Shown: in pieces, positions 53,989 through 64,000 of the stretch
How positions within the stretch are numbered: position 1 is the stretch's first letter
Layout of the letters: every line of letters begins with the position of its first letter
From: an uncultured Anaerotruncus sp.
GTDB taxonomy: Bacteria > Bacillota > Clostridia > Oscillospirales > Ruminococcaceae
Reading direction: 5' to 3'
Assembly (NCBI GenBank): GCA_904398655.1
Contig: CAJFPF010000066.1
Coordinates: forward strand, 14,784-78,783
Length of the DNA: 64,000 nt
Made by a program: the position numbers and the translations under genes
The notes under the pieces: model-generated
Told to the model about the DNA's origin: nothing
Seen by the model: the letters and a program-made list of their open reading frames with translations, nothing else
Database searches by the model: none

Positions 53989-55304
53989 CGCCGGTACAGG
54001 TGATCGGCGCCGGCCTGGCAGGTTGTGAGGCCGCCTGGGCGCTGGCAAACGCCGGAATTCCTGTAACCCTCTGGGAAATGAAGCCCCAGCGATACTCTCC
54101 CGCCCACCACAGCCCTCTATTCGCTGAACTGGTCTGTTCCAATTCCCTGAAGGCCCAGCGGTTGGGTTCCGCCGCCGGGATGCTCAAGGAGGAGATGCGG
54201 CTGATGGGATCTCTGGTGGTGGACTGTGCGCTTCAAACCAGTGTGGCGGCTGGAGGGGCTTTGGCAGTGGACCGGGAGGCCTTTTCCCAGCTTGTCACCC
54301 GGCGGATCCGTTCCCATCCGTTGATCCGGATTTCGCTGGGGGAGGTGGAGCGGATTCCAGAGGAGGGGGAGACGGTGATTGCCACCGGCCCTTTGACTTC
54401 GGACACGCTGGCCGAGGGAATTCAGGCGCTCTGCGGGAAGTCTTTGGCGTTTTATGATGCGGCCGCGCCCATTGTCACTGCCGACTCTTTGGACTATGAC
54501 AAGGTGTTCTTTGCTGCCCGATATGGGCGGGGAGAGGACGATTACATCAACTGCCCCTTCACACGAGAGGAGTATGAGGCGTTCTATCAGGCGCTGCGGG
54601 AGGCTGAGCCCGCTCAACTCCATGACTTTGACCGCCGGGAGCCGGCGGTCTATGAGGGCTGTATGCCCATTGAGATCATGGCCCGCCGAGGGGAGGATAC
54701 CATCCGCTATGGCCCCCTCAAGCCGGTGGGCCTGCGGGATCCCCGCACCGGACATCGCCCTTGGGCGGTGGTACAGCTGCGTCGGGAAAACCAGGCCGGC
54801 AGCCTCTACAACCTGGTGGGGTTCCAAACCAACCTGAAATTCGGGGAACAGAAGCGGGTATTTTCCATGATTCCCGGCCTGGAGCATGCGGAGTTCGTGC
54901 GCTATGGGGTGATGCACCGGAACACCTTTTTGGATTCCCCAAGGCTGCTGCGGGCGGATTTCAGCATGCACGCCCGGCCGAACCTGCGGTTTGCAGGTCA
55001 GATCACCGGTGTAGAGGGTTATGTGGAATCCGCCATGTCCGGCATTGTGGCGGGGCTGCAGTTGGCACGGAAACTGAAGGGCCAGGAGCCCTTGCAGTTG
55101 CCCCTGGACTCTATGAGCGGAGCCCTATGCGCCTATATCAGCGATAAGACGGTGACTCAGTTCCAACCCATGGGCTGCAATATGGGACTGTTGCCGCCGC
55201 TGGAGGAGCTGGTGAAGGACAAACAGAGACGTTACCAGATGCTGGCGGAGCGTGGGATCGCCCATCTGCGGGATTGTTTAAAACAGGGAGGCTATGCGCT
55301 ATGA
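53985..55304 (+). CDS. trmFO: Methylenetetrahydrofolate--tRNA-(uracil-5-)-methyltransferase TrmFO
   Basis: 439 aa with VIGAGLAGCEAAWALA and the FAGQITGVEGYVES motif. Confidence 0.9.
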   Translation: MTPVQVIGAGLAGCEAAWALANAGIPVTLWEMKPQRYSPAHHSPLFAELVCSNSLKAQRLGSAAGMLKEEMRLMGSLVVDCALQTSVAAGGALAVDREAFSQLVTRRIRSHPLIRISLGEVERIPEEGETVIATGPLTSDTLAEGIQALCGKSLAFYDAAAPIVTADSLDYDKVFFAARYGRGEDDYINCPFTREEYEAFYQALREAEPAQLHDFDRREPAVYEGCMPIEIMARRGEDTIRYGPLKPVGLRDPRTGHRPWAVVQLRRENQAGSLYNLVGFQTNLKFGEQKRVFSMIPGLEHAEFVRYGVMHRNTFLDSPRLLRADFSMHARPNLRFAGQITGVEGYVESAMSGIVAGLQLARKLKGQEPLQLPLDSMSGALCAYISDKTVTQFQPMGCNMGLLPPLEELVKDKQRRYQMLAERGIAHLRDCLKQGGYAL

Positions 55305-56314
55305 GGATCATTGTAGACGCCTTTGGCGGCGATCACGCACCGTTGGAAATTTTGAAGGGCTGTGCTTTGGCAGTGCAGGAGTATGGGGTGGACATCCTGG
55401 CCTGTGGAGATGAGCAGAAGTTGCAGCAGGTGAGCCAAGAACAGGGGATCTCCCTGGATCGGATCTCCATCGTCAACGCCCCCCGGGTCATCTCCCCGGA
55501 GATCGACCCAGTGGAAGTCGTGAAGAGTTACGACGACTGCTCCATGGCGGTGGGCTTGAAGATGCTGGCCAACGGCGAGGGGGATGCGTTCGTCTCTGCC
55601 GGCTCTACTGGGGCGATTGCGGTGGGCGCGTCCCTCTATGTCAAGCGGATTAAGGGAATCAAACGGGCGGCTTTAGCCACTGTGATTCCCTGCCGCGGCG
55701 GGTGCTATCTGCTGGTGGATGTGGGGGCCAATAAGGAATGCCGTCCGGAGATGCTGGCTCAGTTTGGAATTATGGGAAGCCTCTATATGGAGAATATCCT
55801 GGGAGTGAAGAACCCACGGGTGGGGACCATCAACATCGGTACAGAGGACAACAAAGGGTTGGAGCTGCAGAAGCTGGCCAACGAACAGATGCACCAGGCA
55901 CCAGTAAACTTCATTGGCAATGTAGAGCCCCGGGATTTGCCGTTTGGCGGCTGTGATGTAGCGGTCTGCGATGGTTTTACCGGGAATGTGATCCTGAAAC
56001 TCACGGAGGGCCTGGGTAAATGGTTCGCGGACGAGCTAAAGGGGATCTTCACAGCGGGAACCCTCTCCAAGATGGGATATCTGTTGGTGCGGGGCGGCGT
56101 GGCCGAATTTAAAGACAAGATGGATTACAAAGAGTATGGCGGCGCTCCCTTCATGGGAATCACCCGTCCGGTGATCAAGGCCCACGGCAGCTCAGACGCC
56201 CGGGCGTTTAAAAACGCCATCCGCCAGGCCAAGGAGTATACCGAGCGCGGAGTTGTGGAAAAGATTGAACAGTCTTTGGCGGAGATGAAACGGAAACAGA
56301 TGGTGGAGGGGTGA
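55301..56314 (+). CDS. plsX: Phosphate acyltransferase PlsX
   Basis: The ATG at 55301 overlaps the trmFO TGA. The protein has MRIIVDAFGGDHAP, CDGFTGNVILK and a KAHGSS motif. Confidence 0.9.
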   Translation: MRIIVDAFGGDHAPLEILKGCALAVQEYGVDILACGDEQKLQQVSQEQGISLDRISIVNAPRVISPEIDPVEVVKSYDDCSMAVGLKMLANGEGDAFVSAGSTGAIAVGASLYVKRIKGIKRAALATVIPCRGGCYLLVDVGANKECRPEMLAQFGIMGSLYMENILGVKNPRVGTINIGTEDNKGLELQKLANEQMHQAPVNFIGNVEPRDLPFGGCDVAVCDGFTGNVILKLTEGLGKWFADELKGIFTAGTLSKMGYLLVRGGVAEFKDKMDYKEYGGAPFMGITRPVIKAHGSSDARAFKNAIRQAKEYTERGVVEKIEQSLAEMKRKQMVEG

Positions 56315-57006
56315 GTATGGAATATACCCGCGAGGAGGCGGAGCTGGAACAGCGAATCGGTTACCAGTTCCAGAACAAAAAATATCTAGATATCGCATTG
56401 ACCCATTCCTCCTATGCCAACGAGGTGAAGAAAAACCTCTCCAGCAATGAACGCCAGGAGTTTTTAGGGGATGCGGTCCTCTCCATCATTGTCAGCGACT
56501 ATCTGTTTCACACCTTCCACCTGGCGGAGGGGGATCTGACCAAACTGCGTGCCGCTTTGGTCTGCGAGCGGTCTTTGGATGAGTTCGCCCGGGAGATCCA
56601 TCTGGGGGACTATCTGAAATTAGGGCGTGGAGAGGAGATGATGGGGGGACGGACACGCCCCTCCATCCTGGCGGATGCCTTTGAGGCGCTGTTGGCCGCC
56701 ATTTACCTGGATGCGGGGATGGAGCCCGCCCGGGAGTTTGTCTTGAAATTTGTGTCCAGAGCCCTGGAGCATCAGGAGGATCTGGCCTTCAGCGACTACA
56801 AAACCATGCTTCAGGAGATCGTCCAAAAAAATCCGGAGGAAAAGCTCACCTACGTGTTGGTGGAGGAGAGCGGACCCGACCACAACAAGCGGTTTGTGGT
56901 GGAGGTGCATCTGAACAGCAATGTCATTGGCACCGGCTGCGGAGGCAGCAAAAAGAGCGCGGAACAGGCGGCCGCCCGGGAAGCGCTGCGGCTGATGGGA
57001 CAGTGA
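56311..57006 (+). CDS. rnc: Ribonuclease III
   Basis: It has NERQEFLGDAVL (RNase III signature) and a C-terminal dsRBD (GSKKSAEQAAAREAL). The start is GTG 56311 or ATG 56317. Confidence 0.9.
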   Translation: MSMEYTREEAELEQRIGYQFQNKKYLDIALTHSSYANEVKKNLSSNERQEFLGDAVLSIIVSDYLFHTFHLAEGDLTKLRAALVCERSLDEFAREIHLGDYLKLGRGEEMMGGRTRPSILADAFEALLAAIYLDAGMEPAREFVLKFVSRALEHQEDLAFSDYKTMLQEIVQKNPEEKLTYVLVEESGPDHNKRFVVEVHLNSNVIGTGCGGSKKSAEQAAAREALRLMGQ

Positions 57007-58001
57007 AGCACGCCAATTTGTCCATCTTTGTGCCCCATGTGGGTTGCCCCCATCGGTGCAGCTTTTGCGACCAAGGGAAAATTTCAGGGACGCAATCGCT
57101 GCCCAGCGCAGAGACGGTGCGCCAGCTCTGCCGGGAGCAGGCCCCCCGCCTGGCTGGACGCCGGGAAGCGGAGATTGCCTTTTTTGGCGGCAGCTTTACC
57201 GCGGTAGACCGAGCCTATCAAGAGGAGTTGCTGCGGGCGGCAGCACCCTTTGTGGAGTCAGGGGATTTTTCCGGCATTCGGGTCTCCACCCGCCCGGACG
57301 CAGTGGACAATGAGGCGCTGCGTCTGTTGCACGCCTACCATGTCACCGCGGTGGAACTGGGGGCCCAGAGCATGGATGATGGAGTTTTAAATGCCAACAG
57401 ACGAGGCCACTTGGCCCGGGATGTGGTGGAGGGGGCGCGAAAGGTCAGAGAGCAGGGGTTTTCTTTGGGCCTGCAGATGATGACCGGCCTTTACTCTTCC
57501 ACCCCGCAAAAGGATCTGGAGACCGCCCAAAGGCTGGCGGATTTGCACCCGGACACGGTCCGTGTCTACCCCACCATCGTGTTGCGAAGGACCCGCCTGG
57601 CCCAATTGTGGGCGGCGGGGGCCTACCGTCCCCAGGACTTAGAGGAGGCGGTGGAGTTGGGCGCGCGGCTGCTGGAACTGTTTGAAGAGGAACATGGGAT
57701 ACCCGTAATCCGCATGGGGTTACACGCCCAGGCCTCGCTGGAACAGAACTACTTGGCTGGCCCCTGGCATCCCGCTTTTCGGGAACTCTGTGAGGGGGGT
57801 GTCCTGCGCCGCCGTTTAAAAACCGCTCTCCAGAGCTTGCCGCCGGGGCGCTATCTGCTTTGGATGCATCCCCGTTCGGTTTCCAAGCTGACAGGCCACG
57901 GTGATCGAACGCTGGACCGGCTGGGAGAGCAGGGATATTACATCAAAATCCGGCCGAAGGAGGACCTCCAGAGGCTGGAGCTGGAACTAGAGGAAGTGTG
58001 A
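57003..58001 (+). CDS. Radical SAM protein (ELP3-like core without an acetyltransferase domain)
   Basis: 332 aa. It has a CPHRCSFC (CxxxCxxC) cluster at the N-terminus and overlaps both rnc and smc. Confidence 0.75.
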   Translation: MKHANLSIFVPHVGCPHRCSFCDQGKISGTQSLPSAETVRQLCREQAPRLAGRREAEIAFFGGSFTAVDRAYQEELLRAAAPFVESGDFSGIRVSTRPDAVDNEALRLLHAYHVTAVELGAQSMDDGVLNANRRGHLARDVVEGARKVREQGFSLGLQMMTGLYSSTPQKDLETAQRLADLHPDTVRVYPTIVLRRTRLAQLWAAGAYRPQDLEEAVELGARLLELFEEEHGIPVIRMGLHAQASLEQNYLAGPWHPAFRELCEGGVLRRRLKTALQSLPPGRYLLWMHPRSVSKLTGHGDRTLDRLGEQGYYIKIRPKEDLQRLELELEEV

Positions 58002-61000
58002 ATTTGCGGCTGCGCAGTTTGGAGATACAGGGGTTCAAGTCCTTTCCGGACCGTACAAAGTTGACCTTCCATGATGGGATCACCGCGGTGGTGGGCCCCA
58101 ATGGCAGTGGGAAAAGCAATATTGCCGACGCAGTCCGCTGGGTGTTGGGGGAGCAATCGATCAAGACGCTGCGGGGCGGCCGCATGGAAGATGTGATCTT
58201 TGGAGGAACCCAAAACAGGAACCCCCAAGGGTATGCTCAGGTACAGATCTCCTTGGAGAATGCGGACCGGTCGTTGCCCTGTGACAGCGACGAGGTGACC
58301 GTCTCCCGTAAGCTTTACCGGTCGGGGGAGAGCGAGTACCGGATCAATGGGACGGCTGTACGCCTGAAAGATATCTATGAGCTGTTTATGGACACCGGCT
58401 TAGGCCGGGACGGCTACTCGATCATCGGGCAGGGAAGAATTGCGGAGATTGTCAGCGCCAAGAGCAACCAGCGCCGGGAGATCTTTGAGGAGGCGGCTGG
58501 CATCTCCAAATTCCGCTACCGCAAACAGGAGGCCCAGCGCCGCTTGGAGGGGGCGGAGGAGAATCTGCTGCGCCTACAGGATATCTTCTCTGAGTTGGAG
58601 GGGCGCGTGGAGCCCTTACGGGTCCAGGCCGAAAAGGCAAAAGCCTTCCTGGAACTGGCCCAGGAGAAAAAGACACTGGAAATTTCCCTGTGGGTCCAAT
58701 CTCTGGAACATTCCAAAGGCCTTCTACAGGAACAAGAGGACCGCATTCTTCTAACTCGCGGGGATCATGAGGTGGTGCAACGGGAGCTGGAGGAGTTGGA
58801 GCAGTCCATCAATCTATGCTATGCCCAGATGCAGCGTCTCTCGGCGGAGGTGGAGGATTACCGGCATCGGATTCAACAAAAGGAGGAACAGAGGGCAGCG
58901 GCCCTCTCTCGCCGGGCGGTTCTGGAGAACGATATCGCCCACAACCATGCCTCCTTGGAACGTGCCAAACGGGAATTGGAGGAGTCGGGGGAGAGCGACA
59001 GCCAGCTGGAGGCCCGGATTCAGACCTATTTTGCTCAGATCGGCCAACGGGAGCAGCAGGCCCAGCAGCTGGGCCTGGATGTACAGGAGATTCAGCGGTG
59101 CCAACAGGAGCTTGCCCAGGCGCAAGGGATTCTGGAGGCCAAAGTGGAGACGCTGAAGGAGCGCCGGTTTACCCTGAACCAAAGCCTCAACGAGACAAAA
59201 CTGTCCTCCGCCTCCGGGGCTACCCTGATCCAGGAGTCCCTTGCACGTTTAGAGGCCCTGCGGGAGAACGCAGTGGTCAAGGACGAGAATATCACCCGAT
59301 TGAAAGGGGAGGTTTCCGACTGTCAGGAACTGCTCCAACGCCTACAGGAAACCATCCAATCCCTGGGGAACTCCCGGGATGGGTTTCAACTGAAGCGGAA
59401 GGTCCGGCAGGACAAGCTGGACCGGCTGCTTCGGGACTGCCAGCAGCTGGAGGACCAGGCCCGAGAGCGGTTGCAAAAAGCAAAGCTGCTGTTCGACATG
59501 GAGAACAGCATGGAGGGGTTTTCCGGCAGTGTGAAATATGTGATGGCCCAGGTTCACAAGGGGGCCATCAAAGGCGTCTATGGGCCGGTCTCCCGCCTCA
59601 TCCAGGTGGAGGATCGGTATGCCTTGGCGGTGGAAATCGCCCTGGGGGCGGCCATGCAAAACCTTGTGGTGCAAGATGAGGCGGTGGCCAAACGGGCCAT
59701 TGGCATGCTCAAAGCGGCAAAAACCGGACGGGCTACCTTCCTGCCGTTGACTACGGTAAAGGGACGGCGTCTGGAGGAGCCGTGGCTGGAGGAGATGGAC
59801 GGCTTTGTGGGATTGGCTGCGGAGCTGGTCGGATGTGACGCTTCCTTTTCCGGCGTGATAGATCAACTGTTGGGACGGGTGGTGGTGGCGGAGGACCTGG
59901 ACTGCGCTACCCTGATTGCCCGTAGGGGCGGGCACCGCTTTCGGGTGGTGACGCTGGACGGCCAGGTCATCAACGCCGGCGGCTCTATGACCGGCGGCTA
60001 TGCCGCCCGAAGTGCTGGGATCCTCAGCCGCTCCAAGGAGATTGAAGCATTGAGAGCCCAGGCGCGCGCCTACGAGGATCAGGCCGCCTCGCTCCAGTCC
60101 CAGGTCAAGGCCATCCGGGAGGAACTCTCCGCTTCCGACGCCCAGCTCCAAGGGTTGGAAGGGGAATTGTCCACTGCCCAGGAGGACCGGATCCACTACC
60201 AGGCGCGCCTGGATCAGTTGCAGACAGCGCTCCAGGGGGCGGTGGATGCCAAGGAGCAGGCTGCCCAGGAATATAGCGGGCTCAATGCCCGGCTGGAGGA
60301 GCTGCAAGCCCAGAGCGGATCCAATGAGGACCTGATACGGGCTTTGGAACAACAGCTGGAACAGGTGTCCCAGGAGCTATCCAGTTTGAGTGTCCAGCGG
60401 GAAGCGCACCGCACACAGGCGGAACGGCTGGGGGGACAGCGGTCGCAGTTGGAGATTCAACAGGCTGCCCTTGACAAGGAGATCGACGGGCTGCGCCGGA
60501 TGGTGGAACAGCTCAACGAACAAAAATCCCACCAACAGGAGCATACCCAGTCCCTGCGCGTCCAAATGGAACAGGTCGAGGAGCAGAACCATAAACTTCA
60601 ACAGGAGGTTGTCCAAGCCCAGGAGGAGGGTGAGAACTGCCAGCGGGAGATCCAACGGATGAACGATGAAATTGCCCAACGCAGCCAGCAGAAGACTGCA
60701 TATGAGGCTCAAGCTTCCGCTCAAAGGGCGCAGGAGAAACAGGCTTCCGCCCGCCGGGAGATGGTGGGACGGGAGCTGGAACGGCAGGAGGCCCAAAAGG
60801 CGGCGCTCCAGGGGGAGTATGACAGTGTGATCGCCAAGCTGTGGGAGGAGTATGAACTGACCCGCACCCAGGCGGCTGAATTGGCCCGCCCGGTGGAAGA
60901 TCTGGGCAGAGCCAATCGAAAACTGGCAGAGCTCAAGGGAAAGATCAAAGCCCTGGGAAATGTGAATGTGGGCGCGGTGGAGGAATATCAGGAGGTCTAT

Positions 61001-61582
61001 GAGCGCTACCGGTTCCTCAAAGACCAGATGGAGGACGCCCAAAGCTCCCGCCAGCAGCTATTAAAACTGATTGAAAAGCTGACCACGGATATGCGGGAAA
61101 TCTTCTTGGACCAATTCCGGAAGATTTCCCAACAGTTCTCCCGCGTTTTTGTGGAACTATTTGGAGGTGGGCGCGCGGAGCTGACCTTGACCGATCCGGA
61201 GGATGTGCTGGAGTCGGGAATTGACATCTTTGTACAGCCTCCTGGAAAGATTATTAAAAATTTGGCGGCTCTTTCGGGAGGAGAACAGGCGTTTGTCGCG
61301 ATTGCCATCTATTTTGCCATCTTAAAGGTGCGGCCCTCTCCCTTCTGCCTCCTGGATGAGATTGAGGCAGCCTTGGACGATGTAAATGTCACCAGGTATG
61401 CCCAATACCTCCGGACGATCAGCGGCCGGACCCAGTTTATCGCCATTACGCACCGTCGGGGCACTATGGAGGCGGCAGATGTACTCTATGGGGTCACAAT
61501 GCAGGAGGAGGGAGTTTCCAAACTGCTGGAGCTGCAGTTGGGAGAGGTGGAACAAAAACTGGGGATCTCCTCCCAAAGTTAA
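57998..61582 (+). CDS. smc: Chromosome partition protein Smc
   Basis: 1194 aa with GPNGSGKSN, long coiled coils, a hinge, LSGGEQAF and [10 protein letters not shown]. Confidence 0.95.
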   Translation: MNLRLRSLEIQGFKSFPDRTKLTFHDGITAVVGPNGSGKSNIADAVRWVLGEQSIKTLRGGRMEDVIFGGTQNRNPQGYAQVQISLENADRSLPCDSDEVTVSRKLYRSGESEYRINGTAVRLKDIYELFMDTGLGRDGYSIIGQGRIAEIVSAKSNQRREIFEEAAGISKFRYRKQEAQRRLEGAEENLLRLQDIFSELEGRVEPLRVQAEKAKAFLELAQEKKTLEISLWVQSLEHSKGLLQEQEDRILLTRGDHEVVQRELEELEQSINLCYAQMQRLSAEVEDYRHRIQQKEEQRAAALSRRAVLENDIAHNHASLERAKRELEESGESDSQLEARIQTYFAQIGQREQQAQQLGLDVQEIQRCQQELAQAQGILEAKVETLKERRFTLNQSLNETKLSSASGATLIQESLARLEALRENAVVKDENITRLKGEVSDCQELLQRLQETIQSLGNSRDGFQLKRKVRQDKLDRLLRDCQQLEDQARERLQKAKLLFDMENSMEGFSGSVKYVMAQVHKGAIKGVYGPVSRLIQVEDRYALAVEIALGAAMQNLVVQDEAVAKRAIGMLKAAKTGRATFLPLTTVKGRRLEEPWLEEMDGFVGLAAELVGCDASFSGVIDQLLGRVVVAEDLDCATLIARRGGHRFRVVTLDGQVINAGGSMTGGYAARSAGILSRSKEIEALRAQARAYEDQAASLQSQVKAIREELSASDAQLQGLEGELSTAQEDRIHYQARLDQLQTALQGAVDAKEQAAQEYSGLNARLEELQAQSGSNEDLIRALEQQLEQVSQELSSLSVQREAHRTQAERLGGQRSQLEIQQAALDKEIDGLRRMVEQLNEQKSHQQEHTQSLRVQMEQVEEQNHKLQQEVVQAQEEGENCQREIQRMNDEIAQRSQQKTAYEAQASAQRAQEKQASARREMVGRELERQEAQKAALQGEYDSVIAKLWEEYELTRTQAAELARPVEDLGRANRKLAELKGKIKALGNVNVGAVEEYQEVYERYRFLKDQMEDAQSSRQQLLKLIEKLTTDMREIFLDQFRKISQQFSRVFVELFGGGRAELTLTDPEDVLESGIDIFVQPPGKIIKNLAALSGGEQAFVAIAIYFAILKVRPSPFCLLDEIEAALDDVNVTRYAQYLRTISGRTQFIAITHRRGTMEAADVLYGVTMQEEGVSKLLELQLGEVEQKLGISSQS

Positions 61583-61611
61583 AACGGACGAAACCGGAAA
61601 GGAACAAAAAA

Positions 61612-62535
61612 ATGGGGTTTTTTGGAAGACTGGCCGAGGGCCTGAAAAAGACAAGGGATTCAATGGCCCAAAAGATGGATGCCATCGTCAATTCCTTTAC
61701 AAAAATTGACGAAGAGCTGTTTGAAGAGTTGGAGGAGACGCTGATCCTTTCGGATGTGGGGATCTCCACCGCCCAGGAAATCTGCACCCGTCTGCGGGCA
61801 GAAGTGAAGCGCCAAGGGATCACCGACGCCAGCCAAATCAAGGGACTGATCAAGGAGATTGTGGCCCAGATGCTGGAGGGGGATGCCTCCCTACATTTGG
61901 ACACGAAGCCCTCTGTGATTCTTGTGATTGGAGTCAACGGAGTGGGAAAGACCACCACCATTGGGAAGTTGGCCGCCAATTTAAAGGCCCAGGGCAAGCG
62001 GGTGGTTTTGGGGGCGGCGGACACCTTCCGGGCGGCGGCAATCGACCAGCTGCAGATCTGGGCTGACCGGGCTGGGGTGGATCTGATCAAGCAGTCGGAG
62101 GGGGCGGACCCCGCTGCGGTAGTCTATGACGCCATTGCCGCAGGCAAAGCCAGGGGGGCGGATGTGGTCATCTGCGACACCGCCGGCCGGCTGCACAACA
62201 AAAAGAACCTGATGGATGAGCTGTCCAAGATCGCCCGGGTTATCGGGCGGGAAGCCCCCGGCTGCGACACCGAAACACTACTGGTGCTGGATGCCACCAC
62301 TGGGCAGAACGCCATCTCCCAGGCCCGCCAGTTCCAGGAAGCCGCCGGAATCACCGGCATCATCCTGACAAAGCTGGATGGAACCGCCCGGGGGGGCGTG
62401 GTCATTGGGATCAAGCAGGAGTTGCAGGTGCCGGTGAAATATATCGGGGTGGGGGAGCAGATCGACGACCTGCGGCCGTTTGACGCAAAGGAGTTTGTAG
62501 ATGCCCTGTTTGACGGGCAGGAGGGAGGAGACTGA
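61612..62535 (+). CDS. ftsY: Signal recognition particle receptor FtsY
   Basis: 307 aa with [15 protein letters not shown] and TKLDG. Confidence 0.95.
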   Translation: MGFFGRLAEGLKKTRDSMAQKMDAIVNSFTKIDEELFEELEETLILSDVGISTAQEICTRLRAEVKRQGITDASQIKGLIKEIVAQMLEGDASLHLDTKPSVILVIGVNGVGKTTTIGKLAANLKAQGKRVVLGAADTFRAAAIDQLQIWADRAGVDLIKQSEGADPAAVVYDAIAAGKARGADVVICDTAGRLHNKKNLMDELSKIARVIGREAPGCDTETLLVLDATTGQNAISQARQFQEAAGITGIILTKLDGTARGGVVIGIKQELQVPVKYIGVGEQIDDLRPFDAKEFVDALFDGQEGGD

Positions 62536-62536
62536 C

Positions 62537-63130
62537 ATGCAGGTGATTGTCGCCACTGGGAACCCTGGAAAACTCCGGGAGTTTCAGCGGATTTTTGCCC
62601 CTGTGGGGATTGAGGTATCCGCCCAAAAGGGGCTCTATCCCGATTTGAAGGTGGAGGAAACCGGACAGACGTTCGGGGAGAATTCCTTTTTGAAGGCCAA
62701 TGCGGTCCACCAGTTGTCTGGCTGCGCGGCAGTGGCGGATGATTCCGGCCTATGTGTGGACGCCCTAGATGGACGCCCTGGCGTTTGGTCCGCCCGTTAT
62801 GGCGGGGAGCAGACCTCCTATCCGGAGAAGATCCAGATGCTATTGGAAGAACTGAAGGAGATTCCCTGGGAACGGCGTACTGCCCGGTTTGTGGCCCACA
62901 TCTGCTATATCTCCCCCCAGGGGGAGCGCATAGACGTAGAGGAGACCTGCGAAGGACGCATTGGCTATGAGCCCCGCGGAGAACGGGGGTTCGGGTTCGA
63001 CCCCATCTTCTACGTGGGGGAGAAGAGCTTTTCGGAGCTCACCGATCAGGAGAAGGACGCCATCTCCCATCGCGGAAAGGCCCTGCGGGAGTTGGAACGG
63101 AGGTTAACGGCGCGAGGCGTTTTAAAATAA
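62537..63130 (+). CDS. rdgB: Non-canonical purine NTP pyrophosphatase (RdgB/HAM1 family)
   Basis: ATG 62537. The protein has MQVIVATGNPGKLREF, DDSGLCVDAL and FGFDPIF. Confidence 0.9.
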   Translation: MQVIVATGNPGKLREFQRIFAPVGIEVSAQKGLYPDLKVEETGQTFGENSFLKANAVHQLSGCAAVADDSGLCVDALDGRPGVWSARYGGEQTSYPEKIQMLLEELKEIPWERRTARFVAHICYISPQGERIDVEETCEGRIGYEPRGERGFGFDPIFYVGEKSFSELTDQEKDAISHRGKALRELERRLTARGVLK

Positions 63131-63161
63131 TCGGACAACAACATAGAGAAGGAGAAAGCGG

Positions 63162-63452
63162 ATGTTGACAAGCAAACAGCGGGCCAAGCTCAGAGGGCTG
63201 GCCAATCAGATGGAGACCATCCTACAGGTGGGGAAAGGCGGTATTCAAGAGGCTCTGGTCAAGCAGGTGGACGAGGCGCTCACTGCCCGGGAGCTGATTA
63301 AGCTGCGGGCATTGGAGACCGCGCCCGAGTCCGCCCGCCAGATTGCCGGAGATCTGGCCCAGGCCACCGGAGCGGATGTGGTGCAGGTGATTGGGACGCG
63401 GTTTGTGCTCTATCGCCGGAATCCGGAAAAATCCCAAATCTCCCCCGACTGA
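63162..63452 (+). CDS. yhbY: Ribosome-assembly RNA-binding protein YhbY (CRS1/YhbY domain)
   Basis: 96 aa with LTSKQRAKLRGLANQMETILQVGKGGI. Confidence 0.85.
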   Translation: MLTSKQRAKLRGLANQMETILQVGKGGIQEALVKQVDEALTARELIKLRALETAPESARQIAGDLAQATGADVVQVIGTRFVLYRRNPEKSQISPD

Positions 63453-64000
63453 TGCGTACCGGTGTCTACGGTGGGACCTTCAATCCCATCCATTTGGGAC
63501 ATGTGAAGCTGGCTGAAGAATACCGGGAGGAATTGGGGCTGGACCGGCTACTGGTAATCCCCGACTGCCACCCCCCACACAAACGGGCTTTTGACCTGGC
63601 CTCTGGGCCTCAACGGTTGGAGATGTGCCGGTTGGCTTTTGCGGGGGACCCAACTGTCCAGGTGGACGATCTGGAGCTGCGCCGGGGAGCCAAGAGCTAT
63701 ACAGTGGACACATTAGAACAGCTGCGGGAGCAGTACCCCCGGGATACTTTCTATCTGATCATGGGGGGAGACATGTTCCTGACAATTACCCAGTGGCACA
63801 ACTTCCAGCGAATTTTTCAGCTGGCCATCCTCTGCGCTGGCGCCCGGGAGCTGGAGGAGTGGGAACGGCTGTGCCGCCATAGAGATTTTTTACAGGAGCG
63901 GTATGGGGTACGAAGCCGGTTGCTTCATTTTTCTCCGCTCCCCATCTCCTCCACCGATATCCGGGCTCGAATCCGGCGTGGCGATCCCATTGATGGGCTG
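63452..64000 (+). CDS. nadD: Nicotinate-nucleotide adenylyltransferase, N-terminal 183 codons (runs off the window end)
   Basis: The ATG at 63452 overlaps the yhbY TGA. My translation is MRTGVYGGTFNPIHLGHVKLAEE...ISSTDIRARI. It is absent from the track because there is no stop codon in the window. Confidence 0.85.
   Translation, partial: MRTGVYGGTFNPIHLGHVKLAEEYREELGLDRLLVIPDCHPPHKRAFDLASGPQRLEMCRLAFAGDPTVQVDDLELRRGAKSYTVDTLEQLREQYPRDTFYLIMGGDMFLTITQWHNFQRIFQLAILCAGARELEEWERLCRHRDFLQERYGVRSRLLHFSPLPISSTDIRARIRRGDPIDGL

Noticed and set aside
51652-54048. 798-aa ORF on the minus strand, the longest non-annotated ORF in the track.
   Set aside because: It is exactly antisense to topA, whose translation carries unmistakable topoisomerase I motifs. 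The antisense product is rich in Arg, Gly, Pro, His and Leu with no motif I recognise. Long stop-free antisense frames are expected at this GC content.
63964-63975. A tRNA T-arm-like string, GGCTCGAATCC.
   Set aside because: It lies inside the nadD reading frame, with no acceptor or anticodon stem pairing around it.
1-64000. CRISPR arrays, insertion sequences, prophage or integrative-element boundaries, rRNA or tRNA genes.
   Set aside because: Reading the intergenic regions I saw no regularly spaced direct repeats, terminal inverted repeats, transposase, integrase or recombinase ORFs, or tRNA-like structures. Long-range repeat detection by eye is limited, so a self-dotplot would be needed to be sure.

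Overview
This is a 64-kb window from a high-GC Firmicute. Gene content and order suggest a Clostridia (Oscillospiraceae-like) gut anaerobe, but that is inference only. I can support about 75 protein genes. I found no rRNA, tRNA, CRISPR array, transposase, integrase or prophage gene. Layout: (a) 1-2189, minus strand: a YtrA-type GntR regulator, ABC ATPase and permease module, plus an amidase-domain protein. (b) 2334-18085, plus strand: one almost gapless 18-gene anaerobic cobamide operon running cbiD, L, F, G, H, J, ET, A, cobT, U, S, cobU-like, cobC, cbiB, cobD, cobQ, cobO, cbiC. It is preceded by a short leader carrying a terminator hairpin. (c) 18372-22924: four consecutive lipoprotein genes (alpha/beta hydrolase, flavodoxin-like, type-B carboxylesterase, and a cupin with a disrupted reading frame). 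(d) 23008-25580, minus strand: a tightly coupled four-gene operon of unknown function, containing a DUF5685-like protein, a J-domain/TPR protein ending in a cysteine string, a multi-pass membrane protein and a membrane-anchored exported protein. This is my best candidate for undescribed biology. (e) 25842-30555: an aryl-acid module (paaK, iorA, iorB, ACT) plus a YbaK-like deacylase. (f) 30632-30850: a 72-aa ORF consisting only of a signal peptide and an LPPTG sorting signal. (g) 31031-34360: a P-loop NTPase followed by a four-subunit 2-oxoacid:ferredoxin oxidoreductase. (h) 34460-41332: a metal cluster with coupled ArsR and AraC regulators, csoR and copA (copA carries an extra C-terminal HMA domain), a stand-alone HMA gene and a P1B-2 ATPase. 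(i) 41426-64000: core genes addB, addA, infC-rpmI-rplT with an L20-type leader, trmH-like, dprA, topA, trmFO, plsX, rnc, a radical SAM gene, smc, ftsY, rdgB, yhbY and nadD (partial). All family names come from motifs I recognise in the translations. No database search was run.
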